Source of the DNA: Opitutia bacterium
GTDB lineage: Bacteria; Verrucomicrobiota; Verrucomicrobiia; Opitutales; T3Sed10-336
Reading direction: 5' to 3'
Assembly: GCA_050506795.1 (NCBI GenBank)
Contig: JBJHCF010000014.1
Coordinates: 68,445-97,774, forward strand
DNA: 29,330 bases
Shown: positions 27,391-29,330 of the stretch, piece after piece
How positions within the stretch are numbered: the first letter of the stretch is position 1
Layout of the letters: every line of letters starts with the position of its first letter
Program-made: the position numbers and the translations under genes
The notes under the pieces: model-generated
Seen by the model: only the letters and a program-made list of their open reading frames with translations
Told to the model about the DNA's origin: nothing
Databases searched by the model: none

Positions 27391-28917
27391 ATGACGTTTT
27401 CCGATTCTTTCGTTATGACCGATTCCGATTCTGTTCAACAAACCGCTTCAATGCCGGTTCCCCCTGAGGAATTCGAGCGCGAACCGGTGCCCAAGCGTTC
27501 GCGCCTGGGTTTCAAAAATTTCATCGGCATGTATGCGGGAGAGCATACTGCCGGTACTGAACTGATGATCGGTCCGTTGTTCATTCTCGCCGGTGTCGGC
27601 GCGTTCGATGTGGTGGTGGGGCTTTTGGTGGGAAATCTGCTGGCCGTTTTGAGCTGGGTGTTTCTGACGGCACCGATTGCGACTCGGGCGCGTATGACGC
27701 TATATTTTCAACTCGAGAAAATAGGGGGGCGGAATTTTGTGGTCATGTACAATTTGGCGAACGGCGTTGCTTTCTGTTTTCTCGCAGGGGCGATGATCAC
27801 GGTTTCCGCCACGGCCGTGGGTGTCTGGTTCGGTTTTCCGATGCCCGGACTCCAGGACTGGTACCCCAATAGTATCGGCTGGGTTCTGGGCGTGGCGGCG
27901 GTCGGGGTGGTCATTGCCGTGGTCGCGGCGTACGGGTATCGATACGTCGCCTGGTTCGCGAACATTGCCGCCCCCTGGATGGTGCTTATGTTTCTGGTTT
28001 TCGGGTTGGTTTCTTTGCGTTGGTTCATCGATGCGACGGAAGCCGAGATGGCTTCGTTCGGCGATTTGTGGGAGCTCGCCGAAACGTCGATTTGGCCCGG
28101 TTACGAAGTGCCCGGGCAACTGCAGTTTACGGTCTGGCACGTGATCTTTTTCGCCTGGTTTGCCAATATGGCGATGCACGTGGGGATGTCCGACCTGTCG
28201 GTCCTGCGTTACGCGAAGAAGAGTTGGTATGCCGTCGCGTCGGGGGCCGGAATGTACCTGGGGCATTTCATGGCGTGGCTCGCGGCTTCGATGCTTTTCG
28301 CCTTCCAGTTGCACAAGGGGGGATTGACGAGTGAAGCGGCAATTGCCGCGGCGGTGGAAGCAGGCGAACTGCCCGCGCCGTTGCCCGGTCCTCTTGCTTA
28401 TGAAGCGGCCGGGGTGGCGGGATTGATCCTGGTGATCATTGCGGGGTGGACGACGGCGAACCCGACTATTTACCGTTCGGGATTGGCGTTTCAGGCGATC
28501 GTGCCAAAGGCTTCCCGGTTCAAGATCACTCTATTCACCGGGCTTCTGACCACGGTTGTCGCGATGTTCCCGGGGGTCACAATGCGGCTGTTGGAGTTCG
28601 TCGCCATATACGGGATGATATTGATGCCGATCGGGGCGATTATCTTCGTCGATTTCTGGGTGTTGCCGCGTATGGGGATGCAAAGCCAGATCGCTGAAAA
28701 GATCGGCGCCCGTTTCAACTGGGCGGCGTTCGCCACGTGGATTTTCACCGTTCTGGTCTGCCTCTTGCTCGTGCGGTATGGGGGCGTCGAGATTTTCTTC
28801 GTTTCACTTCCGGGTTGGTTTCTTGCAGCCCTCCTGTTTCTGGGGCTGAGCTACCTGTATCAGCGGTCGAGATCAGGCGGATTTATCAAACCGTCGGCAG
28901 GAGGCGGTGTGGACTGA
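27391..28917 (+). CDS. NCS1/purine-cytosine permease-like transporter
   Basis: About 12 hydrophobic segments; EFEREPVP, GLLVGNLLA, DLSVLRYAK, AGWTTANPTIYRSGLA and P.GAIIFVDFW. Confidence 0.8.
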   Translation: MTFSDSFVMTDSDSVQQTASMPVPPEEFEREPVPKRSRLGFKNFIGMYAGEHTAGTELMIGPLFILAGVGAFDVVVGLLVGNLLAVLSWVFLTAPIATRARMTLYFQLEKIGGRNFVVMYNLANGVAFCFLAGAMITVSATAVGVWFGFPMPGLQDWYPNSIGWVLGVAAVGVVIAVVAAYGYRYVAWFANIAAPWMVLMFLVFGLVSLRWFIDATEAEMASFGDLWELAETSIWPGYEVPGQLQFTVWHVIFFAWFANMAMHVGMSDLSVLRYAKKSWYAVASGAGMYLGHFMAWLAASMLFAFQLHKGGLTSEAAIAAAVEAGELPAPLPGPLAYEAAGVAGLILVIIAGWTTANPTIYRSGLAFQAIVPKASRFKITLFTGLLTTVVAMFPGVTMRLLEFVAIYGMILMPIGAIIFVDFWVLPRMGMQSQIAEKIGARFNWAAFATWIFTVLVCLLLVRYGGVEIFFVSLPGWFLAALLFLGLSYLYQRSRSGGFIKPSAGGGVD

Positions 28918-29020
28918 ATGCTCCGGGTGCGATTCTGACGGTAACGAAACATTTCCACGATAAACCGGAAGTATTGAAATACAGACATCCAAGCATAGTA
29001 CATTTTAATTTGAGTCACTG

Positions 29021-29215
29021 ATGCGTCGCATACTATTACAATTGATCTCGTGGGCTGCGCTGTTCTTCACGCTCCTTCCGGCAATCCTGTACCTTGCCGG
29101 CAGAATTGAGACGGAAACGCTGGCAAGAATCATGCTCGTCGCGAGCCTGGTCTGGTTTGCGGTCACACCGTTCTGGATGGGAAGGGAGTCCGGTGCTGGA
29201 GGGGAGCCGGACTAG
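29021..29215 (+). CDS. Small two-TM membrane protein
   Basis: 64 aa with two hydrophobic helices, ending WFAVTPFWM; directly follows the permease. Confidence 0.7.
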   Translation: MRRILLQLISWAALFFTLLPAILYLAGRIETETLARIMLVASLVWFAVTPFWMGRESGAGGEPD

Positions 29216-29220
29216 CGCTT

Positions 29221-29250
29221 GTCGGGCTTAGGCAACCGCCAAAGCCCGAC
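29221..29250. other. Short hairpin downstream of the small gene
   Basis: GTCGGGCTT...AAGCCCGAC 9-bp stem; no U-tract. Confidence 0.45.
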
Positions 29251-29330
29251 CGACACCTAGCGGAGCCAGTTTCCCGGTGTACCCGATTCTTGGGGCTGAG
29301 TTTACTAACCAGCCAACGGGACGGGGTTGA

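Overview
A 29.3-kb glycan-utilisation region, probably from a verrucomicrobium (inferred from the prepilin/H-X9-DG-type genes, a PEP-CTERM protein and the C-terminal domain style). It encodes a FAD-dependent oxidoreductase, a XylR-type (ligand-binding domain + AraC HTH) regulator, two paralogous pilin-like proteins, secreted beta-rich proteins, GH31 and GH106 glycosidases, a pilin-headed GH110-like beta-helix protein, two sulfatases, an SGNH esterase, a frameshifted ~1140-aa secreted protein and an NCS1-like permease. The most striking unannotated structure is a ~65-bp promoter/operator motif present five times (3922, 9473, 15209, 19913 on +; 27156 on -). Each copy has tandem half-sites 21 bp apart, a TAG -35-like box and a 17-bp-spaced -10, and heads a unit starting with a pilin-like, PEP-CTERM or secreted protein. 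All three pilin-type genes have a leader of exactly 45 aa. The region also holds several deletion scars and a 5'-truncated group II intron whose apparent empty target site lies 10 kb upstream. The first ~135 nt look like homopolymer-corrupted sequence. All calls are by eye from motifs; no database searches were run.
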